The position numbers and the translations under genes were made by a program. Below, piece by piece: positions 48,081-61,800 of a DNA stretch of 64,000 nucleotides. The notes beneath the pieces were generated by a model that was given only the letters and a program-made list of their open reading frames with translations, ran no database searches and was not told the DNA's origin. Every line of letters begins with the position of its first letter. The first letter of the stretch is position 1. The stretch lies in contig CM060732.1 in assembly GCA_030704615.1 (NCBI GenBank), forward strand, positions 80,228,001-80,292,000, written 5' to 3'. This DNA comes from Takakia lepidozioides. Its lineage: Eukaryota; Plantae; Bryophyta.

Positions 48081-51000
48081 AAAACATCCTTTCACCAGTA
48101 ATCACCACAAGAACAAATCCCATCTTCAAAGTGGTGAAAGCGGTTAGCGTCCCGTACAACAATTGCTCGGCCAACAATCTTTGAGATGAATTTGGTGGAG
48201 GTGACACTTGAAGATTCTTGATGAGATGGAGAGGCGTCCTAGGGGTCATGCTGATCAGCCCAAAACCTATGGTCAGTTTCTCACTGTGGTGGCAAAGAGA
48301 AAATTCCTTTTCCTCCTCCCCATATCATGTAATACAAAGCCCGTGTCAGGCACATACCCCGCCTCCTTCATCTGCCCAGACAATCTTCTTAGCTCATCAT
48401 GGATTTCCTTAATTCTGGGATGCAACTTGTCATCTACAACGAAGGTGTGCACCCTGTTGCCAACCTCAATGCAACAGCGACCTGGCTCCTTTTTAATCCC
48501 TCTGACCTTCATCATTCTTCTTACCTTTGCAGTATCATCCCACCTGCCAGCTGCAGCATAGATGTTTGATAGCAACACATAAGTCGCGGAATCATGTTCA
48601 TCCCACTTGAGGATAGATGTTGCCGCACATTCAGCCATCTCCACATTGCCATGGATTTTGCAGGCACCAAGCAAGGCCGCCTTCCACACCACAACATCTG
48701 GATTGATTGGCATTTTATTAATCAGGTCCACTGCCTCATCCAGTTGTCCCGCACGTCCAAGAAGGTCCACCATGCAGCCAAAGTGCTTTACTTTCAGAGT
48801 GACACCATGATCTTGACTCAGGGAATCGAAGTAGCGTCTTCATTCATTCAGTAGGCCAGTGTGGCTGCATGCAGAGAGAACACATATAAAGGTGATACTG
48901 TCCGGCTTCAAGCCGTTCTTTTTCACTAGGGCAGTGTCCGGAATGACATTTGGTACAATTCCAGCTTTGATGATGTCACCATGCACCTCTTTGCCCTTTT
49001 CCAAGGTTGCCAGGCTTGCACAAGCATTGCAAACGCACACAAACCTGATGTGGTTGCACTTCACCCCTTCTCCCATCATTTGCTCATAGGTCTCCAAGGC
49101 CTCCATCCCGCGCCCTTGCTGTGCATATCCTGCGAGCATGGCGTTCCAGGACACCAAATCTCGTTCAGCCATATTGTTGAACATTCCCTCCGCATCCTCA
49201 ATGCTCCCACATTTGGCATACATATCCACGAGGGTATTGTTCAGAATCACATCTGGTACAATTCTAGCTTTGGCGATGCAACCATGCACCTCTTTGTCCT
49301 TTTCCAGGGCTGCCAGGCTTGCACACACTAGAAGGAAAACGCGGAATAACCACTGGCCCTTTAACCACTACTGTCTTTTCCCACTCTATAAACCACTGAA
49401 AACCACTTGTCAGTGGTTAATCCCAATGAAATGCCACGGTGGCATCATAGACAGTGGTTGGAAGTGGTTTCAACCACTCAGTAGTCCACGTGTAATAATT
49501 TGTTTTTATTTATTATTTTTCATTTGGTAATATATTTTAGTTAATAAATATAATATTCCATGTGGACGGGTGCAGTGTGAGTGGTTATAGACACCTCAGT
49601 GATGGAAACCACTTGCTACTCTACGTGTAATAATTCAAATTTTATTTATGATTTATGATTTGAAAATCTATTTTAATTAATATAATATAATATTCCACGT
49701 GGACGGGGATTGTGCACATTGATCTTGAGTGGTTAAAGACACCTCATTTATTTGTACCACTTTGACAGTGGTAGAGAGTGGGTGGTGAAAGACACTGCAG
49801 TAATTGGAACCACTATTCTAGTGGTCGTTAATGAATGGTTGCCTACACAATAGTGATTTGGTACCACTTTTGTGGTGATACATGAAAAACTGTAAGTGGT
49901 TTGTGCACATGTGACAGACTTTGAAAAACAGAAAGTGTCAAGACCATTGTAGGATCATGCTATTGAACAAATGGTTCCAACAATAAACTTTATTCTGAAT
50001 CCGAAACATATTCGTCACCCTCTGAATCACTTGCCTCAGCTGGAATAGCAGTTGGTTGTACAAATGTCGTTTGAATGCAGGTAGCCAACATAGCCAAGTC
50101 TTCAGTCTCTCATGTCAGTTCTAGAATGTTATGTGGTTAAAGACATCTCAGTGATTAGTACCACCTGGATAGTGATACATAGTGAGTGGTTAAAGACACC
50201 GCAGTGATTGGTATCACTTGGACGGTGGTAGATTGTGAGTGGTTAAAGACACCTCAGTGACTGGTACCACTCTTGTGGTGATATATGAAAATGTTTAATT
50301 GGTTTGTGCACCTGTGGTAGACTTTAAAAAACATACAAGTGTAGGATGATGCTATTGAACAGATGGTTCGAAACCATCAACTTTATCTGAATCTGAATCA
50401 CAGTATTCATTCACTGAAGCACTTTCCTCAACTGGAACAATGTTTAGTCATACGAAACTAGCTTGAAATATGATAGCCAACATAGCCAGCTCTTCTCCAC
50501 TTAGAGCCATGGTACCATCTAATGACCTAGGTACGGGCTGATCTGATAAGGTAGAGGGTGCCCGTAGACCATCAAAATTTGCATTTTCTCCAATGTCCAA
50601 ACTTCAACGATGAATTTTAGAATGAAAATAAACTAAGCCAGTTCCAAAAATACAAAATTTTCAAATAATTGAACTCACTACAAGGCTTGACAATAGTTGT
50701 TTACATTTCATTCAAATTTTTATATGTTACATCTAGTAAATAAGCCTGATTTGTGAGTTGTAGCTCCTAGGTATTTCCCTTTATTTTTTATTTTAAAAAA
50801 AGATAATCTAATATACTTTGGAAAAATCTATAGACTTTTTGCAAGAGCCCAAAAATGAGGCGTAGGTGGGTAGCATTATAATGCCCTGAAGCTATCCCCC
50901 CAAAAACTACGTCAAACAGGTTTCATAGACCCGCAAACATGCATTACATAATTTAAATTTGGTCATATTAATTAGTTCATTTTGGCGTGTCTTTATCGAT

Positions 51001-51539
51001 TTCTACTACCACTTCATATAAAAGGTAACATTGTACTCATTACAATAAAGTGAAATTCACATACTGTACTATATATAAAAAAGACGCAGCAGGATTTGAG
51101 CCCCAAACCACTGGGGTAACCAAAAGTGTACTATCCAATAAAAGTTCAAAATAATTCAAAATGAATTTAGGATTGCGGGGTTGTGTGTTGAACGATGAGT
51201 CTTGGACTTGGTCGTTTTTCTTTGTTTGTGTCGTGGGATGATTTGCAGGTGCATAACTAGGGTCCGAGATGGAAGCCTTAGAGACCACCTGCGCTCAAGC
51301 GATGCGGGGAGGTTTGAAGCTCGACAGCTTCTTGGTTTTTTCATATGGCCCTCAATATCGTCTTCTCCACCCTCCTCTCTACCCCATCTTTCTTTCACAT
51401 TATCTGCTTCTCCTTAGTCCACGCCCAAGCGCTCTCCAACTCTCCATCAATCTCGCTCTCACCCTCTTAATTTCTCATGATTTTGCTGCAGTAGGTCGCT
51501 CGAGGCTTGGGTCTTTTGTTGTCGATTCTTTAGGGGCAC

Positions 51540-51850
51540 CATTGCCAGGAAGTTGTATTCTAGGGCTCAGCCATTTAGATATTCATGAAGGGAAAAGAGG
51601 TCCATAGTGACATCGTCAAGGCTGGAATAGTACCAGATGTCATTCTGAACAATACCCTTGTTGATAAGTATGCCAAATGTGGGAGCACTATAGATGCAAA
51701 TGAATTGTTTGATGGACAAACGCGATGTGGTGTTTTGGAGTGGTATGATTGCAGAACATGCACAACATGGATATGGGGGATGGAGGCTTTGGAGACCTGT
51801 GAGCAAATGCATATCATCAGGGGGTGAAGCCAGACCGAATCACATTCATT
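51540..51850 (+). pseudogene. PPR fragment inside element E
   Basis: KGKEVHSDIVKAGIVPDVILNNTLVDKYAKCGS..DVVFWSGMIA..GMEALET. Confidence 0.85.
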
Positions 51851-51869
51851 TCTGCTGTGCCCTATCTTC

Positions 51870-52925
51870 TAGCCAATTTCTCCAATTTGGGTGTGCTATG
51901 GCTTGGTGGATTTATAGCAAGTAGGGTAATGAAGATATGCTAGCCTTCAGAGCCATAAAGATTTTCAAGGGGTTGTGGTCTGGCCCCTAGTATAGCTGCA
52001 TTTATTGTTCAAGTTTCCAGATATTCAGCTACTTTGATGGGCCTATCTTCTTGCCAATTCTTCTAGAGCTCTAGAGGCCACTATATCTTGATCATACTAG
52101 TTGTTAGAAATGTTTCAAGCCATAGCACACCACAATTGGAGCAATTGGCAAGAAGAAATGTCTATTTGAGTACCTAAACGTCCGGAAACTTGAACAACAA
52201 GCTTGTTGTTCAAGTTTCTGGACGTTCAGGTATTCAGATGGGTCTATCTCCTTGCCAATTGCTCCAATTTGTGGTGTGTTATGGCTTGAAACATTTCTAA
52301 CAACTAGTGTGATCAAGGTATGGTTGCCTCCCGAGCTCTGAATCTCATTAAGGGGTTGTGGTCTGGCCCCCAACAAATCTGCACTAGTTGTTCAAGTTTC
52401 CGGACGTTCAGGTACTCAGATGGGCCTAACTCCTTGGCAATTGCTCCAGTTGTGGTGTGCTATGGCTTGAAACATTTCTAAAAACTAGTGTGATCAAGAT
52501 ATGGTGGCCTCTTGAGCTCTGAATTTTCAAGGTATGGTGGCCTCCTGAGTTTCTAACAACTAATGTGATCACGTTATAGTGGCCTCCTGAGCTCTGAATT
52601 TTCTTAAGGGATTGTGGTCTGGCCCCCAACAGATCTGCACTTGTAGTTCAAGTTTCCGGACTTTCAACTATTCAGAAAGGCCTATCTGTCAATTGCTCCA
52701 ATTGTGGTGTGCTATGGCTTGGAGAATTTCTCACAACTAGTGTGATCAACATATTATGGCCTCCAGAGATTTAAGGGGTTGTGGTCTGGCCCCCAACAGA
52801 TCTGCATTTGTTGTTCAAGTTTCCGGACGTTCTGGTACTCAAATGGGCCTATGTTCTTGCCAATTGCTCCAATTGTGGTGTGTTATGGCTTGACACATTT
52901 GTAACAACTAGTGTGATGAAGTTAT
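51870..52925. repeat. Tandem repeat of about 180 bp (5-6 copies, one inverted) inside element E
   Basis: AATTGCTCCAATTGTGGTGTG.TATGGCTTG...GGGGTTGTGGTCTGGCCCC...TTCAAGTTTCCGGAC recurs; a head-to-head copy is centred near 52200. Confidence 0.85.
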
Positions 52926-55900
52926 ATCACTGCCGTGTTATACCTGAAGGATTGTGGAGGGTTTAGGTGAATGATATCTATATTGACAATTGTGTCTTGC
53001 CTCACCCTAACGAGGAAGAGATCCCACCGCAAACAATGTTGGAGGATGTCGTCGGTCTGAATTGTCTTTGGTCGGAGAAGAACATGAAGACTAGAATTTC
53101 GTTCGCCGGGGCGTAGACATCGCTGGCAGTGAGAAGAAGGCAGGAAATCAGTTCAGTGTTCTTAGCATGCACGCGGAGACGCCGTGTAGAAGTTAGGCTC
53201 AGACTTTTATCATGGCTGGATTTTGTTGACAGTGTTCCAACACTTATTCTCTGGGATTCTATTCTATTTTGTGGAGCTTGAATCCCAAATGGTACTTCTT
53301 TCACTACACTAGTGGCATATGTTCCTCTAGTCATGTTCCTAATCACTTGCACATCACTGTGATAGTGGTATAATTTAAAACTATGGGAGTAGCCAGATGC
53401 ACACAATTGCCTCCATTACCACTCCTGTAGTGGTATAAGTAATCACCTATATATTACAGTATTAGTGGTATGAATTCCTCCAGTGGTATTCCTAATCACT
53501 TACACACGACTCTGGTAGTAATCATTCCAATCCATAATTCCCACTCAGAGAGACACCATGGATGACTCAAACAACTTACATACCACTTTGTGAGTAATCA
53601 TTCCAATGACCTGCTGAGAGACATCATCCACTCACATAACCACGCTGTGAGTGATGTTGTATATTCTCAGATTTCATAGAATGACTCTGTGAGTAATTTC
53701 GTGATCACTCTACAAAGTGGTTTCGGAAGTCATTGAATTTTTGACTCCATCCATTTCGTAGCGTGGATACATGACACGTGTCCATGCTGAGAGCGTCGTC
53801 ACGTGTCGACATAATCTTTAATATCATCCGCGGACCACCGGCTTACGCGTGTCCATTGGAAAACGGAAGTGGTTACTTTACCACTATGACACGTCAGTTT
53901 ACCACTGTGATACGTCATTAGTGGTTGGTATACCTCAGTGACACGTCACAGTGGTTAATTTACCACTGTGACATGTCAGCGAACATGTGGACCCAAACGT
54001 AAGTGGTTCGAACCACTGTCCTTAACCACTGGTGCCACGTAATATCTTTTACCACTCACTTGTCCTAATCCACTGGTTCTTCATCACTCTGGGGCTAGAG
54101 TGGTTTAGTGTCTTTTACCACTCAAAATGAGTGGTTAACAGAGTGGTTATTCCGCGTTTTCTTTCTAGTGATACACACTGCAAACGCACACAAACGTGAT
54201 GTGGTTGGGCTTCACCCCTTCCCCCATCATTTGCTCATAGGTCTCCAAAGCATCCATCCCGACATTATATTCCACGTGATCGAAGATCGTCTTTTGAACA
54301 CTTGGTGAGCATTCATGATGCTTCCGTACCTAACATACATGTTGACAAGGGGGTTGAGTAGAAAAACATTTGGCGTGAATCCACTTTGGATAATGTGAGT
54401 GTGCACCTACTTTCCAGATGTTTCATCTTGATGCACTTAATCAAGAGACAGACATAGGTGTCTGAATCTGCTGAAATGCCTCCTTGGTTTAAAGTCTGTA
54501 GAGCTTCTGTCAGTATGCCTGCCTCACAAAGCATCTTCACATGCACAAAAGTGCCAGAAGAGGCATTGTGGACTCCCTCTCTTGATCCTCTTTCAGAAGC
54601 TGTGGTCATCGTTGAGGTGCCTGATTTTATCGACTGTGCCGCTGCAGCTGCTGCTTCCAGTTCACCATCTACCCCTGCAGGTTTCTTGTAGCTATTGATT
54701 CACAGGAAATCATAGGTATCTTATGCTTGAAATCTGGCCCTCTTGGATGAATCTGGACCAACATTCTATCCCTACTCCTTCAGCTATTCATGCCTCTGCA
54801 CAAATCATGCATTCATCCTTGCCTTGCTGCTACGAGCTAACAATAACAGCCTAGATTTGTTCTAAGAAACACCCAACTCAACTTATCACACTAGTTCCTA
54901 TGCTGAATTGCGTCGGCTACTCTCTGTAATCTACCAGGCATTCACCTTTTTGCCTCGGTTGTCCCACCATTGACTGGGGTCAGAAAACTATTCATTCCAC
55001 AGCTTCTCCTCATCTCTGTTACCTGTTTTTAGATACTTTCATGTTGTCACATTGGCAGTATCATGTCAAAGTCACTCCAAACTAGATTCAGTCAACCAGC
55101 TAACTTGCATTCAACATAGAAATTTAGGGCCCATTCTGATAAGAGGGAGAAACATGCATTCACCTTTTTGCCTCGATTGTCCCACCATTGACTAGGGTCA
55201 GAAAAGTATGCATTCCACAACTTCTCCTCATCTCTGTTACCTGCTTCTGGATACTTTCATGTTGTCACATTGGCAATATCATGTCAAAGTCACTCCAATG
55301 TCACTGCAAACCACCACAGATCCACCCAACGAGCTAACTAACAGAATTCAATATGCATCTCAAGGCCGAGTCTGATGATAGGCAAAACAGGCTGAAAAGA
55401 AGGTGCCCTCACCACATTGTCATTGACCTTGTGGCACGACCCATGCAGGATTTGACCGACCATCAACCCAAAAGGACCTTTTGTGTGTGCTGCTTGTGTT
55501 TGTAGTATGTAATGTAGGATTGGTCTGTGAGAACCACCACGGTGCCGTTGAGCAGGCAAAGATTGAAACACAGCCTGCTGAGACCCAGCTGACTCTCCCA
55601 AGAACCTTGTAAACATCATGAAGGATACCAAATCGTGGTACCAAGAGCGCGGGGACATCATCGTCCCATCCCCGCACTGCAAGACACCTCTCCGGTTATT
55701 TTTGGGCAGTCCAGGCAGGGTCCAAGAAAATTGACAACGACGATGACGTGTGTACAATGACGTGGCTATGATAACATGTCTAATGACATGGCTACGATGG
55801 CATGGCACGCTGGCACCCTATTCTTGCTCTATGCTAAACTAGTCTCCGACCGTCAGTCGTCGGTAGAATAAACAAGCCTCAAATGGCCAATGGCTCTCTT

Positions 55901-57650
55901 GCTTTGCTTTGGCACAACATAAGAGGAAGGTAAGACTAGGGAGCATGACTCAGCATAACACACCAACCAGCGCCTTGACAAGGTGTAAGGTACTTTGACC
56001 ACATTTTCTCCATTGACTTGCATGTCTCCACAAAGTCTCTCTCTACAAGAGAGCCAATAAAAAACAAGAATACCGGCTTGCATCAGAGGGCAGTGGCCCA
56101 ATGGTATGACTACCAGGGAAATTGGCCTGTGGGTTTGGGTTTCAGACCCTTGTGGGGGGGGCCGAAGGGGGAATTTCTCCCCCTCAAGGTCCACAGGCTG
56201 TGGCTGCCAACCTCACCAAACATGCATGAGCATGACAAACTGCCCCACAGGGGGAAACTTTGATATGAAATCTAAGTTGTCAAAAACAGTGTGGTCATCA
56301 GGAATGTCCATGTTATATGTCAGTATCCATTGTTTTTCAGTTATAAATTCTCACTACTTATTCAGGAATTGTGTAACTGTAAGAATGTATATTACCGTCT
56401 ACTTAATCAAAGTTAGTGAAGTACCGAGTAAAACAGAAAACTGATTAGCTTGGTTGATTTTAATCACCATCATTTGCATAACACCTTTAGTATTAGAATA
56501 ACAATCATGATATTGACTAGTGACAGTCATAATTTAAGAAGTCTACTGAGCTTCAACACATTTAAATCCTGTCACTGCCTGATGTGATCAGCTCAGCTGT
56601 CAACTTATGTTGATAGGTATGAGACCAATCAAGAGTACAGTTACAAGTTACAAAAGGAGGCATATAAACAGGCTCGTTTCAGAACATACTAGTCATGTCA
56701 CTGCCTAATTTTATCAGCTGTCAACTTATGTTGACAGGCATGAGACAATCAACAGTTAAGAAAGCTTGTCAACTTCTGTTGACAGGCTTGAGAGAATTCA
56801 CAGAAGACAGTATATATAACTAAAGATTACACGGCTACAGGGTATTTAATTTGAACCTTCCTCCCAGCAAAAGACTGGGCTTGATGGGTGTGTGTAAGCT
56901 TGTTCACTCTTGGCTCTTCTGAGTGCCCACACAAGCTTTACATTGAATGCAAAAGACAAACTTATTGAGGTAACTTTGCCATCCTGGTGAGTATAACAGT
57001 CAACTTCTGTTGACAGACATTTATGGGAAGATAAATTGTAGGACAACATCATTTGACCTTTCAGCTGAGCACATATACCTTCTCCTGATCTGCTTCTGGC
57101 AACAGAGAGATGGATATCAGGAGGGCAGAGCAGATAGATGATGCCAACTTCAGCTCTGCTTTATGAGATCTTCTCCATTCCCCTAACAATAAACCACAAC
57201 AAATGTTAGCTCCAGCTGAGGAATTCTGGTAGGGCATTTTCTGAAACACCTCTGAGAAACGCTTGAGATGCCTATAACCCAGTGAATTAGGCTATCTGTG
57301 CAGCCCAGGTGTTCTGTTCCTTCATATTTTCCTTGTCCCATAATCTCTCTGTGGACATAGGAAAAGTTCCTCTCTTTCTTTCTCTCTTCTATTGGTCATC
57401 TTTCCGAGGGTTTACTGTCTCCTTGGTGTTTTCCACCTTGCAGAACCTGATAAATGTTTCTTCTCGACAGAACCTGCACAGGAGAAATTACTTCTCTCTT
57501 CTCTCCTTTCCTCCTCTCTGCGCAACCAACTTTCATAAACTATCAGTTATAATCTATCCCACAGGAACGAATATTCATCCATAGTGCGACATTCATAGAA
57601 CATTGCTCTTCACATTTACCTCATCATAGCCATGGAAACACCAACGAAAG

Positions 57651-58427
57651 CTAGTGCCAAATGGCCCCCCACCGGATAAGCTTGAGCTTTCCCTCCCTTG
57701 CTTGTGCCAAGAGAACTTCTGGGAACGGAGACAGACCCGAACAACCACTCACATCCATTAACCGCAGCGAATTGATCGATGCCAGCTCAGCTGTAGGAAG
57801 AGATGTGAGACCAATACAGTTCCTCAGACAAAGCCAACGGAGGGAATTGAGATTTTTGACGTCAATTCCTTCCAAAGAGTTCAAGGCCCGGCAACCTTCC
57901 AGATCCAGATGCTCCAAAGAAGACAGAATTCCGAATGTAGGGGGAAGTGATGCCAAGTTGAGACAATAGGGAAGTTTGAGAGCCTTTAGCTTTGCAAGTG
58001 CCCCACTGGAGAGCATTGGCAAGCCCTTGATGCTGCAGCCAGTTAGATCAAGTGTAGAGAGCTCAGGGAGAGAGCCACTCTTGCCAAAAGAAGCTGGAAT
58101 AAGTACCAAGTCCCAGCACTCAGCGACATCCAGACATTCTAACTTGAAAAGAGAGGCAAGAGAGGAAGGGACCGATAGCAAACGGGGGCAACTCCGCACA
58201 GATAGAAAAACCAGGCTTTCCAATTGCCCAAAGGACTCTGGCAGTTTCCGCACTGCAGTGTGGCTCAAATCAAGCTCCTGAAGTTGCCGCAGATTTCCAA
58301 ATTCATCTGGCAGAGTTTCAAGTGACCTGCAACCAGAAAGGTCAAGGCGATGGAGATGCTCCAGTGTCCCAATACAGCGAGGAAGAAACATGAGGTTCTC
58401 AAGGGAGGATAGCTGCAGGACCTCCAC
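57651..58427 (-). CDS. Terminal coding exon of an LRR (NLR-type) gene
   Basis: Intact 258-codon frame of plant NLR-like LRRs (LxxLDLSGCxxLxxLPxxFGxL); begins right after a CAG acceptor; upstream exons not found in the window. Confidence 0.8.
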   Translation of the reverse strand: MEVLQLSSLENLMFLPRCIGTLEHLHRLDLSGCRSLETLPDEFGNLRQLQELDLSHTAVRKLPESFGQLESLVFLSVRSCPRLLSVPSSLASLFKLECLDVAECWDLVLIPASFGKSGSLPELSTLDLTGCSIKGLPMLSSGALAKLKALKLPYCLNLASLPPTFGILSSLEHLDLEGCRALNSLEGIDVKNLNSLRWLCLRNCIGLTSLPTAELASINSLRLMDVSGCSGLSPFPEVLLAQAREGKLKLIRWGAIWH

Positions 58428-58899
58428 CTGTGGCAGAGCGCACGCCAGTTGAGAGATTGGAGTTAGGGGAAATTCAACAGAGTAAGGACCAACATTGAAT
58501 AGGTTTTCTGGAAAATATCAATGCAACCACCTGAATCAACACTCAAGCCCTTGCAAGCAGACAGTGATCCATAATTTATAGCCGTACTTCACACCAATGT
58601 GAATGACTGACTCTGCAAGTGAGTATGCGTCTTCTAGTTTGTCAGAAGACAATCCATAAACATCTCTCTCTGGGACACCCATCTCTCTCCCTGTCCTCTA
58701 GAAGCCTATTGACATTGGGTGGACTTGAAACGGGAGTACATTAATGTTTCTGTGACTAAATGCCGGCCTTGTGACCTCGTGTCCTTGTTTGTTTCGACCT
58801 GAAGCGCTTTGCTTCAGGTAAGGTAGTGCATTGGATTTAGTTGGAAAGCTTGGGGCCTTTCCCTCTTTAGAATATGCCTACACGGGCCATTCCCTGCAA

Positions 58900-61800
58900 C
58901 TCCCTGGAGTGTGATCTCTGAATGGTAACAAGCGGACTCCTACCGCTTGGGGGCAGCCCCTCCGCCCAAATTGGGCAGTCGTATGCTCTGTCAAGCATAC
59001 TCGGCACTTGGGCTCGGGTTGGTTCCTGTGCTTAAACTTATGGCCTGCGAACACAATCAAAAATTTAGCTCCTATCAACATCAACACTCCTCAGGGTGAT
59101 CCCTGGGAATTGGTTACTTATGCCAAATCTAGGGCTTCATGTGTAGTTTTTGGGGTGAATCCCAGGATGGACGATGTGTCCTTTAAAACTACATGCTCTA
59201 GCTTAGGCTTGGATTTCATGGCTAATGGTACCATCTCGAGACTTGATAACAGGGATACGTTGAAGGTTGCAATGACCAAAAGTGCTTCTAATAGAGTCCC
59301 GCATCAACTCAATCTCAAAGAAGTTCGTCCCTTGACTGGCTGGAGAGCGGTCTTAGACATTGGTGATTCAATGGGGCGCTCTAGGAAGACAACCAAGGGC
59401 AACAACTTCAACTTGAGAGTTTCTAATCGGTTTGATGCTCTGGATGAGGTTGAATCCAAACAGCCAGAAGGACAAGATGCCCCTAAGTGTACGGAACCTG
59501 AACGTCCTGAATCTGAAGGATTTGGTACTCTGAAATGGTTTTACCAATCCTCAAGGTTTACACAAGACGAACAAATTCTATACATGGGTAATTGTCCCCA
59601 AGCCGTCAGATGGACAATCTGTCCCTAAGTGTGCAGAGCCTGAACGTCGTGTAACTGAAGGATTTGGTACTCTAAATGGTTTACCAATCCTCAAAGTCTA
59701 CACAAGACGAGCAAAATCTATACACGGGGTAATTGTCCCCAAGCAGTCTGACGGACAATCTGCCCCTATGTGTGCGGAGCCTGTGCGGAGCCTGTGCGTC
59801 GTGTAACTGAAAGATTTGGTACCCTGAATGGTTTACCAATTCTCAAAGTTTACACAAGACAGCAAAATCTACACATGGGGTAACTGTCCCCCCTTTGCAG
59901 AACGGTTGGCCGTCCAGGAGCAATCACAAGCTACCTAGACGACAAACAATTCACACGCAAAGGGCTGGCTTGCGGCTGGCCACTTTCAACTTCTCAGGTT
60001 GACCAACCAAAGGAAACAACTTGAAGTGGGACAAGTTCTTCGGACTAATGATATTCATATCTGTGCTGGGCAAGAAACATGGGAAACGTCGGATAAACTG
60101 GTTGGAGATGTCATTGGTTATAAATGGGCAGGTAAGATGTGTACTCTCAAGGCAGCCTCTGCCAAACGCGGTCAAAAAGGGGTTGGATTCTTTGTCCGTG
60201 ATTTCTTGTTTTGACAATTGTGAAATTATCAACAAGGGTTTGAGGTACGAGCATACTATCTGGCTAAAACTGAATTTGAAGGGCGGCATGAGTACAAAGG
60301 ACCTCTTGTTGGTTGTGTTTACATGCCCACAGAGGGGACCCTTAGTGCTGACGCAGACAAGGCCTTCGAAGATGTAAAGCTGGACTGTGCTTCGTTCCTT
60401 GCCAAAGGTCAGGTGGTACTATTGGGGGACTTCATGCCCAGGTGGGCAAAGGGATCCATCAGGACGATATCATTGGACCTTTTGGTGAGGACGAGCTGAA
60501 TTCTAATGGCAGACGAGCTTCAGCTTTTGACCTTGAATAACAGGACAAGGTGACGCAAGTGCAGTGGACTCGTGAGAAACCCCAAACTGGGGAACGTTCC
60601 ATTGTGGACTATATCATAATGGACAAAATTTTGTTCCCCCAGTGTGCCAATGTGTTGATCGACAGAACTGATATTGGTACCTCTGACCACTTCCTGGTTT
60701 GGACTGAGATCAAAAGGTGTTTTCCCACCACCAAGAGATCTGTGAAACGTTCGATTCGGAAGTGGCGCATAGAAAAATTCCACAATGAGGAGGTCAAGGC
60801 TGAGTACGTCCAGGCCTTGCAAGAGGCTCTCCCTCATTTTGTCCAATCGCTCCAAGAACTTCAGTCACGCTCTGTTAACGCAAGAAATGAAGTCGAAAGA
60901 GCAGTGGACTCTTGGGAGAGTTTCGTTTCCTCCGTGGCTGACAAGATCATTGGGAGGAAACTAATTGTCTGCGGTAGAGCAGTTAATTGGTGGACTAATG
61001 AGATTAAACTCAAGATAGCTGAGAGACGAGCCCTCTATAAAGAGTGCTGCAATTTGGAAACCAACAGAGAATTGTGGGCGAGGTACTACCAGCTCCGTAA
61101 AGATATCAATCAGCTTGTTAGGTCTCAGAAGAAATTATACTGGGACAAGTTATACAGTGAAATAAACTCAAACCACATGGTGGTAATGACAAGAAATTCT
61201 GGTTGGCCCTTCAACGTTTGTACAAGCCGAAAAACGGTCAGCAAGTACAAGCGCTGAAGACTACTAAAGGTGCAGTGGTGACTTCATCGGTTGACATTGT
61301 CAAAACCTTTGAAACTCACTACAGTATCCTTGGCAGAACTTCTAGGTCTAACAGTGAGGGGTCTTCTGCTGAATGGAGGGACACAGTTGGAAAAACTGTT
61401 CCTATGATTCAAAACAGCCCTGATGAACTGGAGTATATTTCAATGGCTTATAATGCTCCATTAGTTCTTCTGAGATTGTGGAAGCAATTGAACATTTAAA
61501 TGGATATAAAGCTGGTGGACCTGATGGTATTGTCAACGAGCTTATCAAGCACGGTGGCGATCCCATGATAGAGGCCCTAGTTCTCCTCTTTAACCTTATC
61601 TGGAAGACTGAAATGATCCCCTTTCGCTGGCGACAGGGGGTCATTGTCAATCTATACAAGAAGGGTGACAGAGAAGAACCGGGGAACTACCGTGGCATCA
61701 CGCTCCTCAATGCTGTTGGCAAGACATTCTGCAGAGTTATAAGTACTCGTCTCGAGGTTGATCTGGAGTCTAGAGGTTGTTTCCACGAAGGCCAAGCTGG

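Larger units (their letters stand above)
49326..54170. mobile_element. Non-autonomous CACTA element E, 4845 bp
   Basis: TIRs CACTAGAAGGAAAACGCGGAATAACCACT and AGTGGTTATTCCGCGTTTTCTTTCTAGTG; TSD ACA/ATA (1 mismatch); dense ACCACT/AGTGGT subterminal repeats; the flanks rejoin into a PPR motif. Confidence 0.92.
48092..55620 (-). pseudogene. PDF(OSB-type)-PLS-PPR-E-DYW fusion gene, disrupted by frameshifts and CACTA element E
   Basis: PDF modules at 55600-54610 read in frame into LCEAGILTEALQTL..DSDTYVCLL (PPR start). PPRs resume after the insertion at 49325. E domain VDLLGRAGQLDEA..TYVLLSNIYAAAGRW; PG box KKEPG; DYW domain [41 protein letters not shown] (stop at 48094-48092). Confidence 0.85.

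Noticed and set aside
51075-51130. tRNA or SINE
   Set aside because: Only a B-box-like stretch; no cloverleaf or A box could be supported.
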